Source: Batkoa obscura (lineage: Eukaryota). Taken from it: 64,000 nt of DNA. The first letter of the stretch is position 1. Every line of letters starts with the position of its first letter. This document shows positions 1 to 14,889 of the stretch, in pieces. The position numbers and the translations under genes were made by a program. The notes beneath the pieces were generated by a model. It did not search any database. It saw nothing but the letters and a program-made list of their open reading frames with translations, and had not been told where the DNA came from. The DNA is taken from assembly GCA_030770535.1 (NCBI GenBank), contig JASVEC010000018.1:62001-126000 (forward strand), in the 5' to 3' direction.

Positions 1-416
1 ATTCTAAACATAATATAATATCTGAAGTTGTATTAAGTATTAATTGTTTCATACTAATTTCAATTTGTTGATATAAATAATCAATAGCTTGAATAATTTG
101 ATTTGATTCAAATATTGAAATTGGTATTTCTTTTATAATTAAATATTTTAAAAATAATTCTTGCTGCAAAATAAGATTTGATTTTAATTCTTGTATTAAA
201 AATTTACTAGCCATTATTGCTAATGCCATATCTTGGCTTGAATTTGGAATTAATTGAATTGTATTAATAAATAGTTGTTTATGACTTTCATGTAAATGTC
301 GATTTAATGTGAATTCCGAAGTTTCTTCACTAAATAACGTTAAACAAAACATACACTGTTTAATCTTTTGATCTTTTGAATATAAATAATAATTACTATT
401 TTCTTTTTCTATACTT

Positions 417-496
<80 letters not shown>

Positions 497-781
497 TCCT
501 ATGATTGTAGTTTGAAACAATTCTTTATTTCGACTATCTTTTAATATTCTACGTTGACTATTATCTTCATTTAATTGATTTAAATTAATACTATTATCAA
601 TACAAAACAAAAATTCATTTAAAGCATGATTCTTATTTAAACTTATTGTTAGATTATTTGCTTTTAACCAATCACTCAAAATGAACATGGAATTCCTTTT
701 AACTTCTTCAGTTTTAAATACACATAATTCTTCTAATGAGTTAATTGATACATCAGTATGAGACATTGCTAGTTTAGGTGA

Positions 782-820
<39 letters not shown>

Positions 821-1921
821 GGGATTTGAATTTGGATTTGTTTCCACTTCAAGATGAATATTATGTAATTTTTTCAAATGTTTAATTAAAGTAATAAAAT
901 TACAAGTTCTTGAATAAGAATGAGAACAATATCTACAAGAGTATACTTTTTTATCTTCTAAATTTTTCTTTCTCTCAAAATGTAACCATAAACTTTCATA
1001 AAAATTAGGATTATTACCTTTATTTATAGGTTTTGATATTGTAGTATTCATTGTATTTATATCATTTAAAGCTACTATTCCTAATAACATTTGTTCATGT
1101 TTACTTTTCATATGTAATAATAAAATACTTGACGATGTCTTAATAGAAAATAAACTATTACAAAATAAACATTGAAACTTCTCGATTTCTTTTTTTCCAT
1201 TTTCACTATTAATTCTCTTTTTTTTAAAACATTTATGAAATATTTCTTTTTTTTTACCAAAATTAATATTACCCATTTCTATGTTATTATTACTACTATT
1301 ACTATCATTATTATTATTACCATTATCATTAATGTTACCATTCACATCATTCCTATTCGCTTGCTCCATACTTGGTGAGTTAATCTCCATTGAATCCGCT
1401 TTAAAATTAATTTTATGACTTGCTAAAAGGTGACTTCTTAATGTTGAAGTAGATGTTGTATTAAAATATTCTCTTCCACATAAGATACAAAAACATTTAT
1501 CCAAACCTTGTTCAGTTTTAAATTCTGAATAATATTTCCATACTTTACTTTTTCGTGGGGTAGGTACTAATTTATTATTATTAATCTTATTCAAAGGTCT
1601 TTCTTGTGAAGATATAGTCTCTACAATAGGTTGGATATTCCTTAGTTTTAATGTCATGTCCTCTGTTGTCGGTTGAATATTCCTTAATTGTAATGTCATA
1701 TTCTCGGTCACAGGTTGAATTGACATTGATAATGTAGCTGGTATTGAATAGTTATTATTCAAATTAATGAAATTTTGATGGTGATTATTATTACTATTAT
1801 TATTATTACTATTATTTAAAAAAGTAAAATTATTTTGATGTAATAAACCATGTTGTAATAAAAATTTATTTTGTTCATTGGGATCTAGTTGAGATAAATA
1901 ATTTAAAAATTCATTTTCCAT
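1..1921 (-). CDS. Multi-BED zinc-finger protein (ZBED-like, possibly hAT-derived); partial, open at window edge
   Basis: Frame appears uninterrupted from ATG at 1921 (MENEFLNYLSQ...) to base 1; absent from the ORF track because there is no stop. Four CxxC...HxxxxH fingers: KSKVWKYY..CILC..LRSHLLASH; CLFC..LLLHMKSKH; LWLHF..CRYC..LIKHLKKLH; CMFC..LNRHLHESH. Poly-Asn tracts. Confidence 0.8.
419..496. repeat. (ATT)n microsatellite encoding poly-Asn in the BED-finger ORF (second tract at 782-820)
   Basis: Perfect trinucleotide run visible directly. Confidence 0.95.
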
Positions 1922-2181
1922 CTTTTCTTTTTAAATAAAAAATAAAAAATAAAAAATAAAAAAAGTGTTTTTGATTGTTGATATTTGATTGTTTTGATAT
2001 TTGATTATTATTATGATTATTCTACAATTTTGTTAAGATAAAAATGAATTCGAAATTGATTGGTAGATAACAATCTTATTTATCATAAAACTATTTATTA
2101 GAAAATTGAGTAAAATTCATTCAATACTCTTTTAATTTGTAATAGAATTAAACATTATTATATATAAATAATAAAATAAAT

Positions 2182-2940
2182 ATGAAGCAAGAAACAATAC
2201 CTATAGAAGAAAAGATAGAACAATTAATTAAGCAATTAGATATAATAACGTCTAAATATAAAATAGAATACAAAAATATAGATAATAATTGTTATAAGAT
2301 AAAAATAATTAATCAAAGTAAAACAAAGTATTACTATTTATTAACTATTACCTTAATACTCTATTTTACTCTTTATTTATTAAATCTTATTGGAATAGTA
2401 AGTTTATTTGTTTTTATTGATCTTTATTTATTTTGTTTATTTTAATAATCTTATATTTACATTTTATATTTAGTTGTTTCATTTGTTATTTTTGTTTATT
2501 CTATTTAATATGATTTATTCCAAATATCAAAGGATAGAATATGGTAATTAATAAAATATATTTAATATAATATTAATAATATAATAATTATTAAATATTA
2601 TTTAGAATCAGTAACAATATTTTCACAATTAGGAATTCAATTAACAACTAAAAGAACATCAAAAACCACCTTATTTATACCAATTGAAAACATTCAACAA
2701 ATTTACATATTAGAAGGATTTACTAAGTTTCAAGTTAAATTTTATTTAGCTATATTAACTAATCAAAATAATAATGAATTAGTTCCAATATTCAGGGTAT
2801 TATTTCTTATTTTAATATTGTATATTATTAATATTAATATTAATATTCCACTTTTATTATAGAATTTATTACCTGAATCAACTATTTTAATAATTGTGTT
2901 AAAAATAGCCCGTTGTTTATTATTAAATGATAAATTATAA
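2182..2940 (+). CDS. GPI-GlcNAc transferase subunit PIG-H/Gpi15 (4 exons)
   Basis: Two hydrophobic segments, then spliced ESVTIFSQLGIQL...FIPIENIQQIYILEGFTKFQVKFYLAI..LVPIF..LLP, the PIG-H domain pattern. Introns start near 2398, 2544 and 2797. Confidence 0.75.
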
Positions 2941-2949
2941 AATAAATAA

Positions 2950-2984
<35 letters not shown>

Positions 2985-3031
2985 AATCATTTTTGTTTAA
3001 TAAAAGTGGGATATTTTATATATTGAATCCT

Positions 3032-3905
3032 TCAAATTCTATTTTCTTTAGGGATACTATCAATAAATTCTTCCATATCAATCATTTCTTTAATAATATC
3101 TAAACCACCCATTAACTCCCCATTAACATAAAATTGAGGATAAGTTGGCCAATTAGAATATTTTTTTAAACCTAAAATAAAAATAAAATTAATTTATTAT
3201 TATTATTATATCATTAACTTACCTTGTCTAACTTGATCATCTTTAAGAATATCAAAATGTTGATAACGAACCCCTTGTTCTTTTAATATATTGATTAATT
3301 GTCTAGAAAACCCACATTTAGGTGCTTCTGGTGAACCTTTAATAAAGATCATAACTTTATCTAAATTAACTAATTTCTCTAATCTTTCATTGATATCTTC
3401 TTTGGATGTTTCGACTCTTGGCTTCACTTTAGAGCCTATTAATTGAATATATTTTTCAACCGTTTCAGTTAATTCAATAGCATTTGCTCCCATTATAGTT
3501 TGTAATAATTTTCCACCCTAAATCAAAATTAATTTGTAATTTAAAAGTCAAATCATCTTAACTTACTTTAATAAATACAAAACTTGGTACTGAATCAATA
3601 TCAAAACTTTCGGATACATCGGGCAACTCTTCAGCTTCAATCTATTTTATTATGATTAAAAGATTAAAAGATTAAGATTTATTTTTTTATCTTTGAATTT
3701 AAAACTGATTTACCTTATAATAACATAATTGAGGATATAATTCAGCTAAAGTGACTAGAACTTGTTCCATATCTTTACAACCATCAGCCCAACTTGCCCA
3801 GAAATAGAATATTAATATTTTATTTTTATTTTCTTCTCCTTGAATTATTTGCTCAAAAGTTTCTTCATTTGTAATTTCAATTAGTTTAGTTGTTGTAGAA
3901 GCCAT
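3032..3905 (-). CDS. Multidomain monothiol glutaredoxin (Trx + Grx, Grx3/Grx4/PICOT type)
   Basis: N-terminal Trx-like FWASWADGC; Grx domain [16 protein letters not shown] and [21 protein letters not shown]; 3 introns. Confidence 0.92.
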
Positions 3906-4092
3906 TTTATCTTTATTTTATTTTATTCAAAAAAGTAACAACTTTTAATTGATGTAATTTTGAATTATTATTATTAATCCAAGCTTTAAATGATTTGATG
4001 AAATTTTAAAATAAAATGAGGTTGAATAAAAATATTATTTACAAGTGAGATATAAAATCAATAATTATTTTTTAATAGAATATAAATTAATA

Positions 4093-5484
4093 ATGGATAA
4101 TATATTGTTATATACAATATTATTCTTGATAATAACTACTTTAATGTATAAATTAATGAATCATGTACCAGTTCAATTATATTATAATAAAAATATTAAT
4201 AATTTATTAATCAATAATCAACGAGTTAAATTATTAGATCATCTACTTGACACTAGTAAAACTTTGTCCAATCATACTCCTTACTTACCAACTCCATGGT
4301 TAAGAAATGGACACTTACAAACTATATTTACTTCTTATAATAATAAAAAACATTCCTTAATTATCCATTACGAACGAGATATTTTAACTTATGATGACCA
4401 AGGTCAAGCTGCTTTAGATTGGTATCCGAATAAACCTACCTCAATCAACGATAAAAAACCTATCGTTTTGATATTACATGGATTAACTGGTAATTCGAGT
4501 GAATATTATGTACGAGCCACAGTAGAAAAATTAAGTTCTCGATTTCGAATAGCTGTGTTAAATTTCCGTGGTTGTGGTGGAATCGAATTATGTAGTCCTC
4601 GACTTTATAATGCAGGAGATCATCGAGATTTAAAGTTTGCAATTAATTATATAAAAAATAAGTCCCCAGATACTTTTTTATTTGCTTGTGGTTTTTCTTT
4701 AGGGGCTAATTTGTTAGTTAAATATATAGGTGAAATGGAAGATAAATGTCCATTATTAGGAGCCGTTTCAGTTTCCAATCCTAATGATTTGATTGATTGT
4801 TCAAGACAAATGAAAGATAACTGGATTCAAAGTACTTTCTATGATCCTGTATTGAGCTCTGGTTTGGTAAAACTTTATGAAAAGTAAGTAATCTATAACA
4901 ATATAGCTATTTTAACAAACAGTAATATTAATTAATATTTAGACATGAATTATATTTAAAAGATCATGTAATTAGACAAGAAGTAAGTATTTAATTGGAT
5001 TAAATTAATTACTTTTATTAATCTATTTTATTAGTGGAAAACGGTACGAGCTTTTGATAGAGATGTAACGTGTAAATTTTCAGGCCATAAAACAGCGGAT
5101 GAATATTATCGTTGGGCAAGTTCCAATCAACATTTGTCAACTGTTAAAATTCCGTTATTAATATTTAATGCTGATGATGATCCAATTTCCCCTAAACTTT
5201 CAATTCCTTATCATGATGCAGAGTACTTTCTTTTTGTTTATTTCTTTTTATTGCTGAATTTGTTTTATTTAGTGATAATCCTTATATTCTTTTAGCTACT
5301 ACTGAAATTGGCGGTCATATTGGTTGGTGGGAAGGTACTTTGAACCCTAAACCTTGGTTTACTAAAGTCGTGGCTGAATATTTGATTAATCTTTTAGATG
5401 TAAGTTAAATTATTAAAGTAGAATAAATATTAATTTTGTTAGGTATACGAAGATAAAATTAGTTCTGAGTTTAAGGTAGAGTAA
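4093..5484 (+). CDS. Alpha/beta hydrolase, Eht1/Eeb1/ABHD1-3 family
   Basis: PTPWLRNGHLQT, LHGLTGNS, NFRGCGG, GFSLGAN nucleophile elbow, NADDDP, GGHIGW; spliced after 4883. Confidence 0.88.
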
Positions 5485-5886
5485 TTTGCGATTGTTATAA
5501 ATAAATAAAAAGATAAATATTAATTTTATGTATTTTTTTGACAAAGATAACCCATATTAATATCATATTAACTTACGAAAGAATTTACTATTATCACTAT
5601 ATATTTATTTTTTTAGTTTTGTCTATTAAATATTGAAACATTTTAACACCCTTTTTAATAAACATTTTCAAAAATATCATTAGATTCTCTAAATCCATCC
5701 AAGCTAAAGATACAAATTAAGTATATATCCTGTTATGTTTCTATAAACCATAATAACTATAAATGAATAAACTTACTCTTATCAACAATAATCAATCAAA
5801 AGATAAAATGTATTAAACAGACATTAAGTTCAATCTATATCATAATACTTATTTTAAACTTTAATACTGTAATTATCAACTAATGA

Positions 5887-6722
5887 TTAAAATGGTTTAG
5901 CACACTTTCTATTTTCTATTATTTTAGTTTTTGGACATTGCATTTCTTGCCATGAAATAGGTATCATTGTTTCACCTAAAAATTTAAATTAGAATCTACC
6001 AGTAACAAATAAAACAACTTTCATTACCTGCTGGACTTGTAGCAATGAGTACCCCAAGTTCATTTTTTGCTGTTGAAAGATAATATGATTTGGAATCTCC
6101 AAGAGAAATCTATTAATGATTAATCAAGACTTCAAAATGATTTAATAAGTAACAATTACCACTTCAGCTTTTACAATATCTCCAGGTCTAAAAGATTGAA
6201 AAATTTGTACTCTATCTTTATCTGTTGCTCTTACATCCTGTGATCTAATTTAAATAAATATTTATAAATGATATTTTATAACTCGATTTCTAATATTACC
6301 TGATAACCCCTGAATAATCATCAGCACATGGAGTATGTCCAACCATTAAAATTTTCAACCCTGCCATTTTAGGTAAAATTTTAATCACTTTACAAGTTAC
6401 CTAAAAAAACACCATTTGAACATCAAAAAAACCCTTTTTTATAAAGTAAAACCATACCACATCCCCAACTTCTGGTACACAAAATGTTTCAGCCTGGTTT
6501 AAAACCGTCAATATTGATTTCTATTTAAAATTCAATTATTAACTTTTAAAGTTTAATTTTAATATTTACTTTGCTTCCTTCCCTTGGCTTTAGTAAACTT
6601 TTAGTGCCTAACAAACCAGAATAAATGATCCCATTATGTACATATGTTCCTTTTCCCGCTTCATATCGATTCACATACCCCAATGGACTCCCTGGTATTA
6701 CTATGTTATCTTGATCAACCAT
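5887..6722 (-). CDS. CSL4: Exosome complex component Csl4 (EXOSC1)
   Basis: [21 protein letters not shown]1 domain [47 protein letters not shown]-terminal [15 protein letters not shown]; multiple introns. Confidence 0.9.
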
Positions 6723-7052
6723 TTTTTGTTAAGAAAATTAAATATTTCGAAATTTTGCTTTTGAAATTTATTTAGCTGCTTGAAGTTATTTTAAGGGTTT
6801 AGGATCTTATATGAGTAAAAATTGGAATAGTATGAAATTGATTGAAGTTTTATTATGAAAAATAATATAGCTTCTATGTTATATACTATGGATAAGTTTC
6901 TATTTATTTCTGAATTTATTAAAATTATATTAGTATATAGTATACTACTATTTTTAAAGTAAATAACAGCAGCAAAAATTGCAGTGATTGAAATTTATCA
7001 AAAATAAAAAACCCAACTTCAAATTTTGATTGCATCATTTTTTTTAAAAGTA

Positions 7053-8038
7053 ATGAGTTCAAATAACAAAATAGAAAAAGCAGAAAAACTGGAAGATAAA
7101 TTAAGCTTAGAAGAAATCTTAAATAAAGCAAGTACATTTGAGAATGAAGAATTGGTTAACTTAATTAAGGAAACCATTGTTGGTCCAGATTTCTTTTATT
7201 TTGTTGATTTATTAGCTTTACCAAGTGTTCAAAAGGTAACCTAACTAATTTAAATTTTTAAGAATTTTAAATTTAGATTTCATTCTTATTAGCTTAAACA
7301 AAACGAGAAGTATAAGGACACTGTTGATTTATTGGAAATATTTTGCTTTGACGATTTGAAAGGATTTAAAGGTTAGTTCACAATTTAATTGATTTATTTA
7401 TAATATTGAAGTTTAAATTAAAAGAAAAAACAAATGGCTCAATAAAATTAAATAAAGATGAATTAAAAAAGCTCAGGGAACTTACTCTTATTAAATTATT
7501 CAATATTAAAAAGGTAAAAGAAATAAGAGTTACTTAATTTTGTGATGTTAATTCGATATTTAGAAACAACCATACTCCACTTTATTAGCTGAGCTCGATT
7601 TTAAAATAGAACGAGAGATGGAAGATTTTTTCATAGTAACAGCCCATCAAGGTATCATGAAAGGCAAAGTCAATCAAAAAGAGAAACATATTATCGTAAA
7701 AAAATGTATTTCTACAGAAATTCATCCAGAAAAAATTCCAAAATTAATTTTACAACTCAAAGAATGGTAAGTTATAAACTAGTAACCCTTTTTTAAAATA
7801 AATAATTACTTTATTCTTTAGGCGTAAAAGATGCCAAGGAGTACTTAGCATTTTAGATGATGAAGAAAAGAAACTTGATCTACATTATGAAGCAAAACGT
7901 GCTAAACATGAAGAGAAAAAGGAACAGTTTATTACCCTTAAAAGTGAAACATTGAATATAGCTAAAGGATCAAGTAAAGGTGGAAAATCTAAACATGGAT
8001 CTGGCAAAGTTCTAAAGAGAGGCTCTTATGACCGTTGA
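7053..8038 (+). CDS. COP9 signalosome subunit 7-like PCI protein
   Basis: LIKETIVGPDFFYFVDLLALPSVQ, LLEIFCF, KKLRELTLI, PYSTLLAELDF..EREMEDF..IMKGKVNQK, L.EW; 4 introns. Confidence 0.75.
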
Positions 8039-8708
8039 GTAATTAATGCATATAGTCGTTTACTATTAATTATTCATTCATTTGAATGTATGTTATTATC
8101 TGTCTTTAAATTTTCTAGTTTACTTTGCTATTTCAAATTAGTATTCTTTATTTTTATTTAAATCTATACATAATTATTACTTTGAATAAATTGAGCTTTT
8201 AAGTAATATTCTAATAATACTTTGAGAACACTATAGTATATACAGGTCCTTGTAGAACAAGTTTATTGAATGTAGAAAGAGGAAAGGATTATTGTTATCT
8301 ATTCCATTTACTAACTGATTCTTTGTTTAAATATTATATAGAATTTATAAAATAATGAAGATAATTTTACTAGATTAATTTTTATGCTTGCGACTTCGAT
8401 AATGAAACGGTTGTTACTTTGGCTACTTTTAAATATAATGTAAGTGATATCGCATTTGATAATAGAATTTTCTACATAACTATTTCCACCAACATAATAT
8501 TCTTTGAACTTAAATTATATTTTAGTACAGTCTTACAACAATCAGATTTAATAAAAAATATCAATATTTGATTGACAAAATAATTTAGCAACTATTCACA
8601 TCTAATTTATTTCTAAGTTTGTTTCAATATTGTATAATTTTCTATTTATATACGATGGAATCTTTAATTAAATTAAATAATAATTGAATTAACAATTATT
8701 ATGAGCGT

Positions 8709-10567
8709 CTATTCTCTGGAGATATCTCTACCATAAAGGAATTTCTTTGTCCAATCTAAGGATACTAAAGCAGCATTACGAATAGAGAATAAATTTGATA
8801 AATAAGCCGATTTCCAGAAAAGATAAGTCACTAATGAAATTAATACCAAATTAAATATACAAGTTATTAAACTTACTAGCACCACCTATTGGAAAATTAA
8901 TATTCATGAAAGGTATATCTGCAATTGCTTTTTCAGATCCAATATAACTACAAAAAATTAATAAACTAATTTATATAAATTAAAATAATAATCTTACGCT
9001 AATGAGCCGTTATGGGTATAATGGAAAGGTTTTTGTTTAGTCTTTACTTCTTGGAAGTTATCAGCGTTTAAAGTAGACTTTAATAATTTAGCAAGGTATT
9101 TTCCTTGTTGACTAGCAACTTGTGCTGTTGGTGCATAACTAAATTAAAGTTATATAAAGTTTAATAGTCTAATAAAATTCAATTACCTAGTTGCTGTAGC
9201 ATCACCGAGAGCAAAAATATTGTCAGAACCTACCATCATTAAATGATCATCAACTAAGATACCACGTCTATTTTTTTTACCAATAAATTATTTACTTAGA
9301 AAACTATCATTAATTACCTATTTGTTTGAATTTCAGGGAATTGGGTAATCAAATCTTTAACAACTGGACGAGCAGTATTACCTGCAGCCCAAACTAAAAG
9401 GCCTAAAAATAGTTAGATTAAGTTAAATAGTATAATTTATATTTATACATACCATATGGAATCTCTTCATCTTCATCATTGGCATTCTTAATAGTAACAG
9501 TAGTTGGAGTTACCTTTTGCACCCTAGATTTGGTTAAAACATTAATTTTATTATAACGGAGAGTAGACTCAGTATAGTCAATTAAAGTTTTTGAGAAGGA
9601 GGGTAAAACAGTTGGTAAAGCTTCAATCAAAGTAATCTTAAACTTATCAGCAATTTCCGGATACCATTTTTTAAGATCCTCTGCAAGATAATCCTGTAAC
9701 TCAGCAGCATATTCTACACCAGTTGGTCCACCCCCTACTACAATCATATGAAGCAAACGCTCTTTTTCTTTTTCATCTTGTCCAGCAAAAGCAGCAGTTT
9801 CTATACAATCACTTAATTGTTGCCTTATCTTCTTTGCATCCCAAATTTCCTTTAAGCAGCATGAGTATTCTTTTACACCGGGAATATTAAATGTTGCAGT
9901 CTCAGCTCCAACAGCAACTACTAAATAATCATAGTATAATTCGGAAGAATTAATTTTACCCTGTATTTCGGAAGTATCTTTAATAGTTATCTTATTATTT
10001 TTTGAATCAATCTTGGTACAATCTGCTTCAACAAATTGAACATTTCCAGTTTTATGTCGAATAATATAACGAATGGATTCTAAAATAGAACGGTGTTCTA
10101 AAGTTCCCACGGTACAACTTGGTAATAAAGGAGTAAATAGGAAATAATTTCTTGGTGATACTATAACAACGTCAAACTCTTTTGGATCTAATTTCTTGAT
10201 CAACGAAGTGGCTCCCCATCCGGATCCTAAAATAACTACACGCTTACGACCATCCTCCGGTTTTTCTAAAACAGGTTCAAGTGGCTGTACAACTGGATTG
10301 GAATGAAATATGGCGTTTGCAAGTACAGCCAAAGCAATCAATTGAATTGTAATAACACCTCCACGGTAAGCATACCTTAAAAATCTAAAGCCGCTTTTTG
10401 TTTTATTGTCTGAACTCGTATTTATACTTCTTTTTAATAGTAACGTACTATCTGGTTTGAGTTTGAATAAACCTCTTGTGTTAGAAGCTAACTTTATAAT
10501 ACTGTCTATAAATATATTAATTTAAAGTATCCCAATTATTTTATTTTAAATTACTTTTTAATACCAT
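8709..10567 (-). CDS. Mitochondrial alternative (type II) NADH dehydrogenase, Nde1/Ndi1 family
   Basis: VVILGSGWG, SPRNYFLFTPLLPS, VVGGGPTGVEYAAEL, FALGDA, YAPTAQVASQQG, C-terminal YGRDISRE; N-terminal basic presequence. Confidence 0.92.
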
Positions 10568-11225
10568 TTTAGATAAAGTTAAAGAGTAAATGTCATTAAA
10601 GTTGTTTTTATATTCTCCTATCTTCGTTGGTCTTAAATTTGAAGTGTTATTATCTGATATAAATTTATGATATTTTGTGTAATAACTTGTTAATTCCTTA
10701 TCAAATTTAATTTTGACAAATCACTTGCCAAATAAAGATAAAAGACCCTTTATTATCCAATTAAAAAGATATAATTTTCAAATTATTACACAAGGATTCT
10801 TAAAAATTCCCACAGCATATGATAATTGAATCAGCCAGAATCTACTTTTTATTAATAAAAGTAATTGATTTGTGGTTATCAGTAAATACTTTTATTATTC
10901 TCGTTTAGCCTAAAGAATAACCTTTTATCATTTCATTTTTATCAATTCTATGTCGTTATTTCCTCAAGATAAATACATATTCTTAATAAAGTAATATGTT
11001 CTTTTTGGCTTCCTTATCTGCTCATATAAATTTAAATGTAGGGCAACAATCATTTCTCTTTATCTATAACGTTAATTTATCCTAATTTAATACAAACTTA
11101 TATATTTTTATTATAAAATAAAGTTTATTTAAAGTGATGATATAAGGCTTAGATTGTTATTATATTTTTAGTTTCAGTTTTAATATTACTAATCAACTAA
11201 ATAAATTAAAATAAGTTTTAGAATA

Positions 11226-11319
11226 TGGGGATGTATTTTTTATTTAAGAATTCTACTAACAAATTTTCCACTTAAATAGCACTTAAAAGATAAAAAAAGT
11301 AATGAAAAAAACATACCCA
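11226..11319 (+). mobile_element. MITE copy 1 (~100-bp family)
   Basis: TA-TGGGGATGTATTTTT...TTCCACTTAAATAGCACTTAAAAG...AAAAAAACATACCCA; aligns by eye to the other copies. Confidence 0.8.
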
Positions 11320-12646
11320 CATCTTACAGCACCTATTTCGGTTATCAAATATTGATCTTTGAATTGGCATATAAAGTATCTAATTTTAGGTATATTTTTA
11401 TTATAGAACAATCTTATAAAATTGAGCAAATGTTATTTTTGTATGATAGTAACAAATTGACTTGTTGGTAAAGAAAACAAGGTGTTTATGGCCAAATATT
11501 AAAGTTATGGGTATAATTTAGTATTTTTATTTCTAATAAAAGATCAAAGTAGAAATTGAATTGAAAACTCTGATTGAATAATAAGCTGATTGTGCCATCT
11601 AGACAGTAAACCAATTTTAATTTAAGTTTTAACTATTATTTGAAAATTAGTCATAAAATCCCCAAAGTAAGATGAAATAATTTTAAAAGCAAGCCAATGA
11701 TTCTGGAAAAAGGTATCAGCTATACTTACTAAATGGGCATAATTTTTTTTGCTCACTAAAAATATACCTTTTATTTACTTGTTGCAAAAAAATATATTGC
11801 GGAATCTAAGTTGTTCTTTAGAAAGGATCTGATCTCACTGGTTTTTACACTATACTCCGATTGGTAAAGAATTGTTAAAGTAGGCAACTTTAAATTGAAA
11901 TGATATTTGCAGCTTAAACTGAATTTTATTACAAGAATATCAGTTGCTCGGTTGAAGGTAGTTCTACTGTTTTCGATATGGGTTTATGGAATTTAGATTT
12001 TATAAAAATCATGTTTAGTAACTTTTATTGTATCATTTTTGCTTGTTTTTACGTTTAGTAATGTCTTTATTTGGTTTTCTCTGTTTTGTCCATTCTTCAT
12101 TCAATGAAAATTTAAAAAGTTATTGGTTGAATTATTAAACAAAAAGGGACATTATCATACATTTATGTTAAATTATTTGACTTTTTTAACTTTTATTTAC
12201 TATAGTTATACCATGCTAAAGTCATAATCTATTATTGATAGCTTTAAGTAATAGTTATATTATTTTTGTTGTTAATGTCATTAAATAAAAGTAGATTGTT
12301 AATATAAATTTCAAAGTTATTATTATCTTTATAATACTAATAACTATCTAAAACTTTAATCGTTTTAATTCTGTATCTTCTATGTAATAAAATAAATACC
12401 AACAACTATAAAACACAGCAAACTAAGCGTGTAAACAAATAAGCATATAAATAAGCACTTCCAGTTCTCCATTAAAAGAAACAAAAAAACATGACATAAA
12501 ATTCATCGATACATTTTATTTAAAGTAGTAAGTATCAAAAATAAAAGCAAAGACCATTTTAAATGGAGAAATTGTAATCTTCACGCTCTTCTTTTTATTT
12601 ATGCTAATAAAAAATATATTAATACATTATCATTTATTACTATTAA

Positions 12647-13448
<802 letters not shown>

Positions 13449-14176
13449 TTTATATTTTTTTAAAAAAAGTTTTTGTTTTTTTATTGAATTTTCTTCTATT
13501 TAAATCTTTTCATTTACTCACTCTCACCTAGTTTTTAGCCAATCTAATGCGAGCTTGTTTACCCCATTAGCTAATAGTAGACTGAAAAATAATGGAGCAT
13601 TCGTCTACTTCATGATAACCAATAAGAGGTGTTTTTTATTAAACTGATTGGTCAGAGAAGGGTTCAGTTGATAGCTCAGCAATCCTAGTAATTATTGACT
13701 CGATTTATTTTTAAGCTTACTAGATTCATTGTGGTTTGATTTGGTAGTTGGGCTTCCAGCCACAAATTAAAATTTTGCTGTCTAATTTCTCTAGAAACTT
13801 CGACTGCAAGTCATTGTTTTATTAATTGAAGCTTAATAATAAAGTTTTTTTATACCCTATTAAAGAAAGCTGTTATTCATAATGTCTATAATAAACTAAG
13901 CTGAAAATAGAACTATGTTGTAGTTAAAAATTAATTAAATTAATAAGACTAATTAAATTTTTATTTTTTGTCATTTTGAATAATAAAAACTAGGATAAGG
14001 TAAAAACTCTATACATTTTTAATATAATACTCATTCAAACAAAATAGTCACATCCTAATGTTCGTTACGATAGTAAAATGAAAGCCATGAAATATAGGAT
14101 AAAAATTACGAATCTCAGGAAATGAAATAAAGATGAAGATAAATATGCATATTAAAAATATTGGTTTTAACCAGGA

Positions 14177-14889
14177 CTATTTGTTGTGCCAAATAAATGT
14201 TTTAAGAGATGACCAATAATTAGAATCAACATAAAGATATTGCATTGATGCACGTAAGGAAGGCTGTAATACTGAAGCTTCATGGCGAAATAACCACATA
14301 ACTGTACCCCAAACTACAGCTGCAAAGATAGGATAAGCATCTGGTTGTGAAATGTAATTATATTTAATTGGTAAGTTTGCCAACCCAAGTACTACCCTTG
14401 CAAATAAGTATAAAACAATCTGAAATTAAATTAATGATTGATTTAACTAAAATATAGAATATAAAACTTTTTCTTTACCTGCTTGTTTATACTTATTTCT
14501 TTACCAAAGACAACATAACCACCTAGCATACCAGCTAAAAAGGCATGAGACTTACCTTCTTTACTATGGTTTAACTTAGATAATACCAGCATAGTAGTTT
14601 TATAAATAGCTACAAAAAAAGCTAAGTTCTTGGCATGAGTTCTAGTAGCTAAAAAGATGGCTTTGATCTTATCTTTAATACTATTTAAATAGTTATGAGT
14701 AGTCTAACTAAAAAACAAAAAATAATACCTTCCACTACGAAACAATAAAGTCATCACCAAAGCGTGTGGGAAGCGTACTTTAGTTCCATAAACAATACCA
14801 TTTCTAAATCCTTTTACAATGGATAATAGGGCTCGATTATCAGGATGAAGTATAAAGTCAGTAAGTTGATGGTAGATAGCATCTGGCAT
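14177..14889 (-). CDS. PXMP4: Peroxisomal membrane protein 4 (PXMP4/Pmp24, Tim17 family)
   Basis: KGFRNGIVYGTKVRFPHALVMTLLF, ATRTHAKNL, YPIFAAVVWGTVMWLF, LQPSLRASMQYLY; 2 introns. Confidence 0.9.

Noticed and set aside
11500..12050. Slightly GC-richer intergenic tracts (also 22800-23150) as decayed genes or transposons
   Set aside because: The frames I read are broken by stops and gave no recognisable protein motif.
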